Shown here piece by piece: positions 28,205 through 37,184 of a DNA stretch of 40,159 nucleotides; position 1 is the first letter of the stretch, and each line of letters begins with the position of its first letter. The notes beneath the pieces were generated by a model, which searched no databases, was not told the DNA's origin, and worked only from the letters and a program-made list of their open reading frames with translations. Source of the stretch: an uncultured Bacilli bacterium (GTDB lineage: Bacteria > Bacillota_I > Bacilli_A > RF39 > UBA660); the NCBI GenBank assembly GCA_947599755.1, contig CANQFO010000001.1, positions 1-40,159 of the forward strand. The letters run 5' to 3'. The position numbers and the translations under genes were made by a program.

Positions 28205-28219
28205 GTGTAGGTGGTAAGG

Positions 28220-29047
28220 ATGAAAAAGCGAAGGCGAAATCAAAAAAGAAATATAGATCAGAGAAAAAAAAGATTAATAATCACTTTTTTTCCTCTGATC
28301 CTTTGCTGTATTATCATCCCATTATTTTGGATCAATAAAATAAATTTTAAAACAAAAGAAATTTATCAAGTAGAAAGTAGAATAGAAAAAATAAAAGAAT
28401 TAAAAAAGAAAGATACCGAAGATTATAAAACAATTGGTTGGATAAAAGTTCAAGGAACGAATATTGATATACCTGTAATTGCCTATTTAAATGGAGACTT
28501 ATCTACTGATTTAGAAAATTATGCTTGGAATTTAAATTCAAACGAGAAATTTTATAATAAAATTAATATTAGAGGTCATAATATCTTAAATTTATCTTCT
28601 CAACCAGAAGTAGGATTAAAATATTTTTTAAGGTTTGATGATTTGATGTCTTTTGTTTATTATGATTTTGCAAAAAAAAATAAATATATTCAATATACTG
28701 TAGATGGTAAAGATTATATATATAAAATTTTTTCTGTAGGATTTGAATCAAGTTACTATGTTGATTCATATCATGATGGAAAACATTCGAAGAAAGAATT
28801 AAAAGAATTGATTAAAAGATATAAAGAAATAAGCCTATATCAATATGATATTGATGTAGAAGAAAAAGATAAATTCATTTCTTTGATTACTTGTACAAGA
28901 TTTAATGGATTTAAACAAGATTTTATCGTCAATGCAAGATTAGTAAGAGAAAATGAAAAATTAACTGACTATAGCATAAAAACAACCAAAGAATATAAAG
29001 AGGTAAAAAAAGTTTTGGAAGGTGAGGAAAAAAATGAAAGAGCATAG
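28220..29047 (+). CDS. Divergent sortase (class B-like) embedded in the Tad-like cluster
   Basis: Basic N-terminus plus TM, GWIKVQGTNIDIPVI, catalytic His (NIRGHNILN), Cys motif (ISLITCTRF) and Arg (FIVNARLV). ATG 28220 follows an AGGTGG SD. Confidence 0.7.
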   Translation: MKKRRRNQKRNIDQRKKRLIITFFPLILCCIIIPLFWINKINFKTKEIYQVESRIEKIKELKKKDTEDYKTIGWIKVQGTNIDIPVIAYLNGDLSTDLENYAWNLNSNEKFYNKINIRGHNILNLSSQPEVGLKYFLRFDDLMSFVYYDFAKKNKYIQYTVDGKDYIYKIFSVGFESSYYVDSYHDGKHSKKELKELIKRYKEISLYQYDIDVEEKDKFISLITCTRFNGFKQDFIVNARLVRENEKLTDYSIKTTKEYKEVKKVLEGEEKNERA

Positions 29048-31856
29048 TAAAAAAATAAAAAATGGATGGATTATTTTTATCTTACTATTAGTTTTAATTA
29101 TACCAAATGAAGTAAAAGCAAAAATTGATTGTAATGATCCTGCAGAGTTAATTTCAAAATATAATATCGATATTAATAAAAAGAATAAAAAAAGCACCAA
29201 AAAATATACAATATCGGCATTTTTAGATTCTAGTAGTATTGCTAATCGTTGTAAAAATAAAAAATGCGAATTAGAAATTTCCTTAGAAAATGAAGATGGA
29301 ACTTCAAAATATATTGATACACTAGTATTAGAAAAAGGGGATGAAAAAGATAGAAAAGATTCAGGGGCATTTGAAGTTCAATGGAGGGATGAGGACGGAG
29401 AAAAATACTTTGTTGTGAATATTGTGTTAAAAACAGACAAAGATTGTCCTGGTTTAAAGGTAATTTATAGAGTAAATAAAGCAGGTGATGATACTGTTTC
29501 TATACCATATGGAAATGTTGATTATAGTGATTTAGATGCTAACGATATTAATGAGATGAGTGATGTAAATTGTGATGCTAATGAATTTAATAGAAAATTC
29601 TGTGATGCAAGATTGTTAGCCTTACAACCTATTAATCATGATAAAAGTGGAGATCTTCAATCTGGTAAGGATAAAATGAAAGATACTTCAGTCAATAAAT
29701 TAACGTGTAATTATAATGTTGCATCAAATGAAATCAAAGAGTGGAATACGAATGAAAATGGTGATGATGGATATTACTTGAATAAGCAATATTATTATGC
29801 TAAGTCAACGGTAACTACACAATTAGATGAGCGATATGAATACCATTATGATTCAAAGAATCCAACATACGGTGATCCCTTAACTTGTACTAGAACATGT
29901 GAAGAGGCAGTAACGGTAGAGTATGGGCCTCCAGTAGCAGTAAGAGCAGGTTTGTGTTTTCAATATAAAGTAAAGGTAACTAGTCGAGTAGTTTGTAAGG
30001 TAACAGATAAACCAAAAAAACCAGATAATAATGCTTATAATCTTTGTACGCCAGTTCCACTTTGTACCAATGCTACTCATGATTATGTGAGTAATCAGGC
30101 AGGACCAAATGAGGATTTTGAACAATGTATTCAAAAATGTGATGGTGGAAAATATAGTCAAAAATGTAGTTTGAAGTGTTATCAAGAAGTATATGGAAAG
30201 AAAAATAATCAAAAGACTAAATTAGCCTTGCTAGAAGATGCTAGTGTAAGTCGATTAGCAACAAGTAGCACTTGGAATAGAGAGAAATGTATAGAAGCGA
30301 GTTCCGAAAAAAGAGACCAACTGGGCGGAAACAGTTATGATACAAATTTAGATAATAAAAATGACGGGTTATATTCTTATGGATGTTATTATAGAAATTA
30401 TGATAATGACGGGAATGTTACAAGTATTTCTTATCAGCGGAGTTCTACTATTAAGGAGTGGAACCTTGAAAAAGGTGGAGCAACTTGGTATTGGTATTAT
30501 AACCATAAAAATTATTTAAGCCCTACTCGATATGAACCAGATACTGAAGGAATATATCGACGTGTTATAGGCAGTGGGCACTGTACAGATATATGTTGGT
30601 GGTCAGGATGTGATAATGATCAGCAATATTTAAATAGTGCAGACATAGATTATGATAAAAAAACAAATAAAGAAATATATGCCCATGCTAAATCATCATG
30701 TAGTGCTAAAGCTACATGTAATACAACAACAACAGAATATACGATTGCAGTAAAATATGATACTGAAGATAAAGATGGAAAAGTAACAACAGAAAAAGTA
30801 TATTTCCCATATACCAAAAATCAAAATAGCAAATTTACATTAGGATCAGGAAAAAATTCCGGTGTAGTAAATAATAAAGCAATATTACAATATGATGGAT
30901 GTTATAGAACAAATGAAGCAAATAAGTGGTATATGACAGAATGGACAATTCCAATGACTTGGCAAGATAAGGATTTAGATGCAAATTATGATGGAAATGG
31001 AAATGGTTTAACTCCAAAAGAATATCAATTCTGTATGAAGAGAAATTTAAGAAGTGTAAATACAAAATGGTGGGATTGCTACCAAACATACGCAGCATCC
31101 AATAAAACAGCAGAAGATAGACAAAAACTAACATCTTGCTATAATGCATCTGGTGCTAAAGATTATAAAGATTTTAATAATGGAGATTCAAATGGTTATA
31201 ACATAGAAGCAACAACAAAAGATTTTGGTTACTTTGAGTGGAATTTCAACATTCAATGTTTCTATGCAGCATCAACAAGTTCAGTTAGTAATGATGATTC
31301 ATCTTGCAATTGCATAAACGGAACAGAATCTTGTTGTCCACCAAAAATAGATATAGATAATTGTCCTGGAGAAGATTGTCCACATCCAGATTCATATACG
31401 ATAAGAAGCGTAGAATTAACAGATCTATTCCCAAGTACACAAAATAGAAAAATAGAATATAGAACAACAGAAACAGGAAGACAAGTAGGATTTAACTGGA
31501 CAAGTGATGCAACAATTAATACAAGTAAAAACCCATTTTATGGAAGTTCATATGCAAAAAAACCAAATGATTTAATTACAACAATTCAATCACTTGGAGA
31601 TAGCATTTACACACAAGATGACAAATATTTAGAGTATGAATTCACCTTAACACCTGAAAAATTACAACAGATAAGAAAAGAAACAAGAGATACTTTACAT
31701 GGAGAGTATAGTAATTTTGATTATTGGAAAACTAAAACAACAGTATACAAGAATTTCAATTCATCTTCTAAAGCACAATTTTATACTAGTCCATTAATTA
31801 CTAGCTTAGGTGGTAGAAAAGTAACACCTGGTTGCAATACAAAGGATTGCAAATAG
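29034..31856 (+). CDS. Large secreted cysteine-rich protein (about 940 aa, 37 Cys), function unknown
   Basis: ATG 29034 follows a GGAAGGTGAGG SD and overlaps the sortase gene by 14 nt. Signal peptide ...WIIFILLLVLIIPNEVKA|K. Cys appear in paired patterns (CIQKCDGGKYSQKCSLKC, CNCINGTESCCPP...NCPGEDCP, C-terminal GCNTKDCK). No C-terminal TM or sorting signal. Confidence 0.7.
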   Translation: MKEHSKKIKNGWIIFILLLVLIIPNEVKAKIDCNDPAELISKYNIDINKKNKKSTKKYTISAFLDSSSIANRCKNKKCELEISLENEDGTSKYIDTLVLEKGDEKDRKDSGAFEVQWRDEDGEKYFVVNIVLKTDKDCPGLKVIYRVNKAGDDTVSIPYGNVDYSDLDANDINEMSDVNCDANEFNRKFCDARLLALQPINHDKSGDLQSGKDKMKDTSVNKLTCNYNVASNEIKEWNTNENGDDGYYLNKQYYYAKSTVTTQLDERYEYHYDSKNPTYGDPLTCTRTCEEAVTVEYGPPVAVRAGLCFQYKVKVTSRVVCKVTDKPKKPDNNAYNLCTPVPLCTNATHDYVSNQAGPNEDFEQCIQKCDGGKYSQKCSLKCYQEVYGKKNNQKTKLALLEDASVSRLATSSTWNREKCIEASSEKRDQLGGNSYDTNLDNKNDGLYSYGCYYRNYDNDGNVTSISYQRSSTIKEWNLEKGGATWYWYYNHKNYLSPTRYEPDTEGIYRRVIGSGHCTDICWWSGCDNDQQYLNSADIDYDKKTNKEIYAHAKSSCSAKATCNTTTTEYTIAVKYDTEDKDGKVTTEKVYFPYTKNQNSKFTLGSGKNSGVVNNKAILQYDGCYRTNEANKWYMTEWTIPMTWQDKDLDANYDGNGNGLTPKEYQFCMKRNLRSVNTKWWDCYQTYAASNKTAEDRQKLTSCYNASGAKDYKDFNNGDSNGYNIEATTKDFGYFEWNFNIQCFYAASTSSVSNDDSSCNCINGTESCCPPKIDIDNCPGEDCPHPDSYTIRSVELTDLFPSTQNRKIEYRTTETGRQVGFNWTSDATINTSKNPFYGSSYAKKPNDLITTIQSLGDSIYTQDDKYLEYEFTLTPEKLQQIRKETRDTLHGEYSNFDYWKTKTTVYKNFNSSSKAQFYTSPLITSLGGRKVTPGCNTKDCK

Positions 31857-31871
31857 AAGGAGGAAATAAAA

Positions 31872-32303
31872 ATGAATAAAGGAATGTTAACAGTAGGAAT
31901 TATTATACTAGCAGTGATTGCATTAGCTCTAATTAACTTTATTACTGGATTTTCAAATGGTAGTGAATTAGATTACTACCTAGTAAAAGAAACAACAGAA
32001 GCGGCTATGGAAGATGCACTAGATATGGAATTTTACAGTGAAAATTATCTTTATCGAATGGATAAAGAAAAATTTGTAGAAAGTTTCCTTCGTCGCTTTG
32101 CAGATAGCGTTGATAGAACGCGTACATATAAAGTAGCTTTTTATGCAATAAACGAAGTTCCTCCCAAAGTAAGTGTTAAAGTAGATTCACAAACTTCATT
32201 AAGTTTTTCTGGAGAAACAGCAAATATTAGCACAAATTATGATGCAATTCTTGAAGCAGATTATAAAAATGATATCTATGCCAAAGCAGAATTCAACAAA
32301 TAA
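31872..32303 (+). CDS. Small N-terminally anchored protein, possible pseudopilin/TadE-F-like component
   Basis: SD GAAGGAGG. The N-terminus MNKG-MLTVGIIILAVIALALINF (short polar leader, Gly, hydrophobic helix) precedes a ~110-aa soluble domain. It lies immediately upstream of cpaB. Confidence 0.4.
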   Translation: MNKGMLTVGIIILAVIALALINFITGFSNGSELDYYLVKETTEAAMEDALDMEFYSENYLYRMDKEKFVESFLRRFADSVDRTRTYKVAFYAINEVPPKVSVKVDSQTSLSFSGETANISTNYDAILEADYKNDIYAKAEFNK

Positions 32304-32336
32304 AAGAAAAAATGAAAAAAGAAAGGAAGGGATAAA

Positions 32337-33143
32337 ATGGGGAATGCAACCAATGGAATAAAAAAATTTTTATCCAATAAAAACACAGTGACAGTACTCG
32401 GTGTAATAGTAGCAATTGCAATATTATATATTGGTTATAATGTACGTGTACGATCAGCAATCAATCCAGTTAATGTACCATATGCCAGAGTACAAATTAA
32501 TGCAGGAGAACAAATCACATCAGATATGGTAGGAGTAAAACAAATTCCACCCTCAATGTTAGAAGGAGATGTATTAGTAAATCAAGGAGATATTATTGAT
32601 AAATATAGTAATATTGATACAGCAATACCAGAAGGAAGTTTATTTTACAAAAGAGCAGTGGTAGAAAGAGATCAACTACCAGATAGTATTATATTAGATT
32701 ATCCTAAAGGTTACGTTTTATATAATATGGCCGTAGATACAGAAAGTACATATGGTAATTCAGTATTTCCTGGAAACTATATTGATATTTATCTAAAAGC
32801 AGTCAATAAAATAGAAGAAGGAACTGCCTTAAATGCAGATGCAAATAAAATTATGTTAGGAAAATTAGTATCTAACGTAAAAGTAATTGCCGTAAAAGAT
32901 GCCTCAGGACAAGCAGTATTTTCAAATGTAGATGAACAAAGAACACCGGCAATGGTTGTTTTTGCAGTACCAGAAGAATATTATATTTTATTAAAAAAAG
33001 CAGAATTTTTAAGAACATATGATTCAACATTAATTCCAGTTCCAACAAATGAAAGCTTAAAAGATGAGCCAGGAGAATTAGCAATTACCAGTGAACAATT
33101 AAAAGACTGGATTAATGCAGTTACTGTTTGGACAGAAACATAA
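32337..33143 (+). CDS. cpaB: Flp pilus assembly protein CpaB/RcpC-like (SAF domain)
   Basis: N-terminal TM, SAF-type segment (VPYARVQINAGEQITSDMVGVKQIPPSML) and an RcpC-like C-terminal region (VKVIAVKD...). Positioned directly before the Tad ATPase. Confidence 0.7.
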   Translation: MGNATNGIKKFLSNKNTVTVLGVIVAIAILYIGYNVRVRSAINPVNVPYARVQINAGEQITSDMVGVKQIPPSMLEGDVLVNQGDIIDKYSNIDTAIPEGSLFYKRAVVERDQLPDSIILDYPKGYVLYNMAVDTESTYGNSVFPGNYIDIYLKAVNKIEEGTALNADANKIMLGKLVSNVKVIAVKDASGQAVFSNVDEQRTPAMVVFAVPEEYYILLKKAEFLRTYDSTLIPVPTNESLKDEPGELAITSEQLKDWINAVTVWTET

Positions 33144-33173
33144 ACGATAAAAGATAAAAGGGTGTGAAAAAAA

Positions 33174-34658
33174 GTGACAGAAAGTATCTTTGATAAACTC
33201 GATTTTGGACCATTTCGTTCCTTATTAGATAACGATGATATAACCGATATCTCTTATGACAATAACGGACAAATTTGGATTCGTTCACTAACACAGGGAT
33301 CAATGAGAGTAGAAGTAGAAGGAGCAACACCAGAATTTGTAGAAAAATTAGCATTTCAATGCTCCAATGTAATGGGAACAACATTTAATAATGCCAAACC
33401 ATTTCTAGATGCAGAATCAGCAGAATTACGATTAAACTTTGTTCATCCTTCGATTGCAACCAATGGAATTGCTCTAGTAATTCGTAAAACTCCAGCTAAA
33501 ATCAGACTAGAAAAAGAAAAATTATTAAAAGAAGATTATTTCACACAAGATATTCATGATTTATTAATTAAATGTGTGGAAGGACATTGTAATGTTATTG
33601 TTTGTGGAGAAACTGGTTCAGGAAAAACAGAATTTGTAAAATACCTAGCAAGCCATACCAAAACTAATGAAAAAATTATTACCATAGAAGATACTTTGGA
33701 ACTACACTTAGATAAAATTTTTCCTCAAAGAGATATAGTCGCAATGAAAACAAATAACGTTGCAAGTTATACAGATGTTTTAGTAACATGTATGCGTCAA
33801 AATCCAAAATGGATTTTATTATCCGAAGTACGTAGTGCAGAAGCAGTATCAGCAGTAAGAAATTCAATCTCATCAGGACACAATATTTTATCAACCATTC
33901 ATGCTGATAAAGCATCCGCAATACCATATCGTTTATATAGTTTGATGGAAACTGATCTAGATGTAAATCAATTTTTAACAACCATTTATCGATATATCCA
34001 ATTAGGAGTGCATATAAAAGCATATTATAGTAAAAAATATGGAAAATTTCATCGTGAAATAGATGAAGTAACAGAATTTTATGTAGATGACAATAATAAA
34101 CCACAATCTAGAATCATTTATCAAAAAATCTTTGGAAAAGAACCCATCATGAGAAAACCAAGTCCCCATTTATTAGAATATTTAGAAAATCAAAATATAG
34201 ATGTTTCAAATATTATTTCAGAATTACCAGATGAAATGCCTCTTACTGAAATAGATCCAGAATTAAAACAGTCAGAACAAGAAGGAAAAATTGAAACATC
34301 CCAAATGCAAAATGCAAACTTACCAGAAGAAATAAAAATTCAACCCCCACAACCAGTAGAAATAAAAAATCAAATGCTAGAAGAGAGTAAAAATGATCAA
34401 ACACAAATTCAGACAAATAATATTCAACAAGAAAATATTGCTACCACAACTACTCCAAATGTAGATATTCAATCAATACCAAAAGAACAACAAATTATAC
34501 AACAACCAATTTTAACCCCACAGGTAGAATTACCACCTATACAAACGAATCCGATTGCTCAACAACCAGTCATACAGCAACCAATATTGCAACCTAATCA
34601 ACAAGAAATGCAAACAACAGCACCAATACAAAAACTATCAGAACAAAATCAAGGATAG
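33174..34658 (+). CDS. tadA: Tad/CpaF-type secretion ATPase (T2SS-E/VirB11 superfamily) with Q/P/I-rich C-terminal extension
   Basis: Walker A (VCGETGSGKTE), Asp box (IITIEDTLEL), Walker B (WILLSEVRSAEA) and His box (SGHNILSTIHA). GTG start. The last ~140 aa are low complexity (IQQPILTPQVELPPIQTNPIAQQPVIQQPILQPNQQ). Confidence 0.9.
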   Translation: MTESIFDKLDFGPFRSLLDNDDITDISYDNNGQIWIRSLTQGSMRVEVEGATPEFVEKLAFQCSNVMGTTFNNAKPFLDAESAELRLNFVHPSIATNGIALVIRKTPAKIRLEKEKLLKEDYFTQDIHDLLIKCVEGHCNVIVCGETGSGKTEFVKYLASHTKTNEKIITIEDTLELHLDKIFPQRDIVAMKTNNVASYTDVLVTCMRQNPKWILLSEVRSAEAVSAVRNSISSGHNILSTIHADKASAIPYRLYSLMETDLDVNQFLTTIYRYIQLGVHIKAYYSKKYGKFHREIDEVTEFYVDDNNKPQSRIIYQKIFGKEPIMRKPSPHLLEYLENQNIDVSNIISELPDEMPLTEIDPELKQSEQEGKIETSQMQNANLPEEIKIQPPQPVEIKNQMLEESKNDQTQIQTNNIQQENIATTTTPNVDIQSIPKEQQIIQQPILTPQVELPPIQTNPIAQQPVIQQPILQPNQQEMQTTAPIQKLSEQNQG

Positions 34659-34672
34659 AAAGGAGTGAATAT

Positions 34673-35575
34673 ATGTATTTTGAAGAATTAATTATCATTG
34701 CCGTTATTGCAATAGGAATTGTATTATATAGAAACTATGAAGGACAAAATATAGGAAAATATATTACAACCCAAGTTCAACAAGTATATAATAAATTTGC
34801 TCCATATTCATTTAAAGTAACTAGAGAAAAAACAAAAGAATTAGGTCAAGAATATACTCCAAGACAATATGCAATTCAAGTAACAGTAATCGCAGGATTT
34901 ACAGCAATAATTACTTACTTATATTTTTATAATATAATTATTAGTATTGTCTATGTTGTAATATCAATTATGTTTGTTCCCTATCTTACTTATTTACGTT
35001 GTAAAAAAGTATATAGTGAATTTATATTTGAACAAATTCAAACTTATACTTCTAATGTAATTATGGAATTTGCCACTACTCAATCTTTTGTTAAATCATT
35101 AGAAGGAGTAATCAATTCAGGAATATTAGAAGATCCAGTAAAAAAAGATGTCCAATATATGATTGATTTATCTTATCAAAATGGTACCATTGATGAAGCA
35201 CTAAGTTATATGAGTAATCTATATCCATATTATATTGTAAAAAATATGCACCAATTATTTTTACAAATTACCAAAGAAGGAGCAAGAAATTCAGCAGAAT
35301 CATTAGATAATATGCAATTGGATATTGATATGTTAGTAGAAGGTGTATACCGAGATAGAATAGAAAGAGCAACATTCCATAAACAATTTTTACAATTTGG
35401 AATTATGCTATATCTATTGGTAATGTTAGTACAATATTTAGTAGGAACAGAGACTTATTTAGTTTTACTAGATCAATGGTATGTTCAATTTTTACTACAT
35501 GCAGTATTAATTATCAATACCTATTTCCTTCTAAAAGGAGAAAAATATTATAATGAGAATGTAGGTGCAGAATAA
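34673..35575 (+). CDS. tadB: TadB-like inner-membrane platform protein (T2SS-F family)
   Basis: Topology is TM, 2 TM, a helical cytoplasmic domain (...SFVKSLEGV...IDEALSYMSN...), then C-terminal TMs. The position after tadA and the TAATG overlap with the next gene support the call. Confidence 0.6.
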   Translation: MYFEELIIIAVIAIGIVLYRNYEGQNIGKYITTQVQQVYNKFAPYSFKVTREKTKELGQEYTPRQYAIQVTVIAGFTAIITYLYFYNIIISIVYVVISIMFVPYLTYLRCKKVYSEFIFEQIQTYTSNVIMEFATTQSFVKSLEGVINSGILEDPVKKDVQYMIDLSYQNGTIDEALSYMSNLYPYYIVKNMHQLFLQITKEGARNSAESLDNMQLDIDMLVEGVYRDRIERATFHKQFLQFGIMLYLLVMLVQYLVGTETYLVLLDQWYVQFLLHAVLIINTYFLLKGEKYYNENVGAE

Positions 35576-36366
35576 TGGAAGTATTAATCTCAGGAGCAAT
35601 CATTTTATTTATACTAATCTATAATAATACTATTGATAAAAATAAATTTTTTGCTGATAATGAAAAATATCTAGAAGTTTTTCGTGAAGAAGATTATAAC
35701 TTTTTAGTCTATGCAAAATACGGAGACGATGTTAATGTAGATCAATTATATATGAAAAGAATTACCAATACTTTTATCACCTTCGTTGTCGTCTTAGCAT
35801 TTACGGTAAGTGGAGGAAGTTCAAAATTTTTCTTAAACGTAATTTTATCTGCAGTAATCGCCGTAGTAATCTTTAAATCCAACTACATGCAATTAAAAAG
35901 TTATTATAAAGCTCATTTACATGATGTAGACGTAATGTTACCATATTATTTAAAAAGTTTAGAAATTTTAATCCAACATTATACAGTTCCTGTAGCCCTA
36001 GGAAAATCAATTGATGATGCTCCTGAAATATTCAAACCAGGACTAAGAAAATTAATTGATCGAATCAATTCAGGAGATTCAACAATAGATCCATACATGG
36101 AATTTGCTAATACCTATCCAGTAAGAGATTCCATGAGAATGATGAGACTTCTATATCGTTTAGGATTAGGTTCACAAGAAAAAAAGCAAGAAAGATTAAT
36201 GATGTTTTCAAAAACTGTTTCCAATTTACAAAATAAAGCCAGAGAAACTAAATATAAAGAAAGACTAAATCATATGGAAAGTCAAACCATGGTTATGTTA
36301 GTAGTAACTGGTATTGGTGTTATGTTAATTATTTTAATTGCTATGTTAATGATGTTTAATGTTTAA
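35575..36366 (+). CDS. tadC: TadC-like inner-membrane platform protein (T2SS-F family)
   Basis: Same TM/helical-domain/TM layout (LPYYLKSLEILIQHYTVPVALGKSIDDAP...) and translationally coupled to tadB. Confidence 0.6.
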   Translation: MEVLISGAIILFILIYNNTIDKNKFFADNEKYLEVFREEDYNFLVYAKYGDDVNVDQLYMKRITNTFITFVVVLAFTVSGGSSKFFLNVILSAVIAVVIFKSNYMQLKSYYKAHLHDVDVMLPYYLKSLEILIQHYTVPVALGKSIDDAPEIFKPGLRKLIDRINSGDSTIDPYMEFANTYPVRDSMRMMRLLYRLGLGSQEKKQERLMMFSKTVSNLQNKARETKYKERLNHMESQTMVMLVVTGIGVMLIILIAMLMMFNV

Positions 36367-36430
36367 ATCACAAAAATTTAAGTAAATAAACATATAGAGT
36401 GTACAATATAGAAAAAAAATATAAAAAATA

Positions 36431-36459
36431 TTGATAAAAAAAAATAAATTTGGTACAAT
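36431..36459 (+). promoter_or_regulatory. Internal sigma-A promoter in front of the pilin-like ORF (TTGATA-17 nt-TACAAT, extended -10 TGg)
   Basis: TTGATA at 36431-36436, 17-nt spacer ending in TGG, TACAAT at 36454-36459, then the AGGAAAGGA SD and ATG 36493. Confidence 0.5.
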
Positions 36460-36492
36460 AAAAATAAGATTAGGAAAGGATGTGAAAAAGCA

Positions 36493-36666
36493 ATGAAAGC
36501 AGCATCAGGAGAATTAAATTTGACAGTAATTACAATAATCGCAGTTACTGCTGTACTTACATTTTTTATGACATTTTTATGGCCACGTGTTAAAGATACG
36601 ATAAACAATGGTTGGGATAATATTGAAAATGTTCCAGATCAAGATCAAAGAGGCTCAGGGCGTTAG
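36493..36666 (+). CDS. 57-aa Flp/Tad-type pilin-like protein (absent from the supplied ORF track)
   Basis: Hand translation gives MKAASGELNLTVITIIAVTAVLTFFMTFLWPRVKDTINNGWDNIENVPDQDQRGSGR* with TAG at 36664-36666. It has a short polar leader ending in Gly, a ~22-aa hydrophobic helix and a short polar tail. It has its own promoter and SD and sits between tadC and the tadE-like gene. Confidence 0.55.
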   Translation: MKAASGELNLTVITIIAVTAVLTFFMTFLWPRVKDTINNGWDNIENVPDQDQRGSGR

Positions 36667-36684
36667 TTAAGAAGGTGGAGCTAA

Positions 36685-37167
36685 ATGAATGAGGCAACAG
36701 GAGGAGTAATCAGTTTAACAATGATTGCAGTATTTATTGCAATCATATCTGGTTATTTAGCATTTAATGTTAGTTACATGAAAGCATTTCGAACCAAAAA
36801 TAGGATTATATCTTATTTTGAAGAATATGAAGGAAACTGTCTAGATCAAAATACAGATTGTGCCAAAAAAATCAAGCAATATATGCATGATACTGGGTAT
36901 AATGTAGCAGGAGATGCCTTAAATCGGAGCCTAATAAATAGTTATAATTTACCACAAACACAAGAATATGGTTGTGTTGATGATGGATATTGTTGGATTA
37001 AGACACCTGTTTCAGGATCTAATCCAAATACCAAAGGAATGGGAAAAGCTACATTTAAAATTATAACAGCAATCAACATTGATATACCAATAATTAATAA
37101 AATATTGCCAAGATTAAAAATATTTCATGTATCAGGAGATACAAAACAAATTGTTTTACGATCTTAA
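36685..37167 (+). CDS. TadE/pseudopilin-like protein
   Basis: SD GAAGGTGGAG. The N-terminus MNEATGG-VISLTMIAVFIAIISGYLAF is TadE-like (polar leader, Gly, hydrophobic helix). The small Cys-containing globular domain has 4 Cys. Confidence 0.45.
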   Translation: MNEATGGVISLTMIAVFIAIISGYLAFNVSYMKAFRTKNRIISYFEEYEGNCLDQNTDCAKKIKQYMHDTGYNVAGDALNRSLINSYNLPQTQEYGCVDDGYCWIKTPVSGSNPNTKGMGKATFKIITAINIDIPIINKILPRLKIFHVSGDTKQIVLRS

Positions 37168-37184
37168 GATTAAGGTGATGAAAA

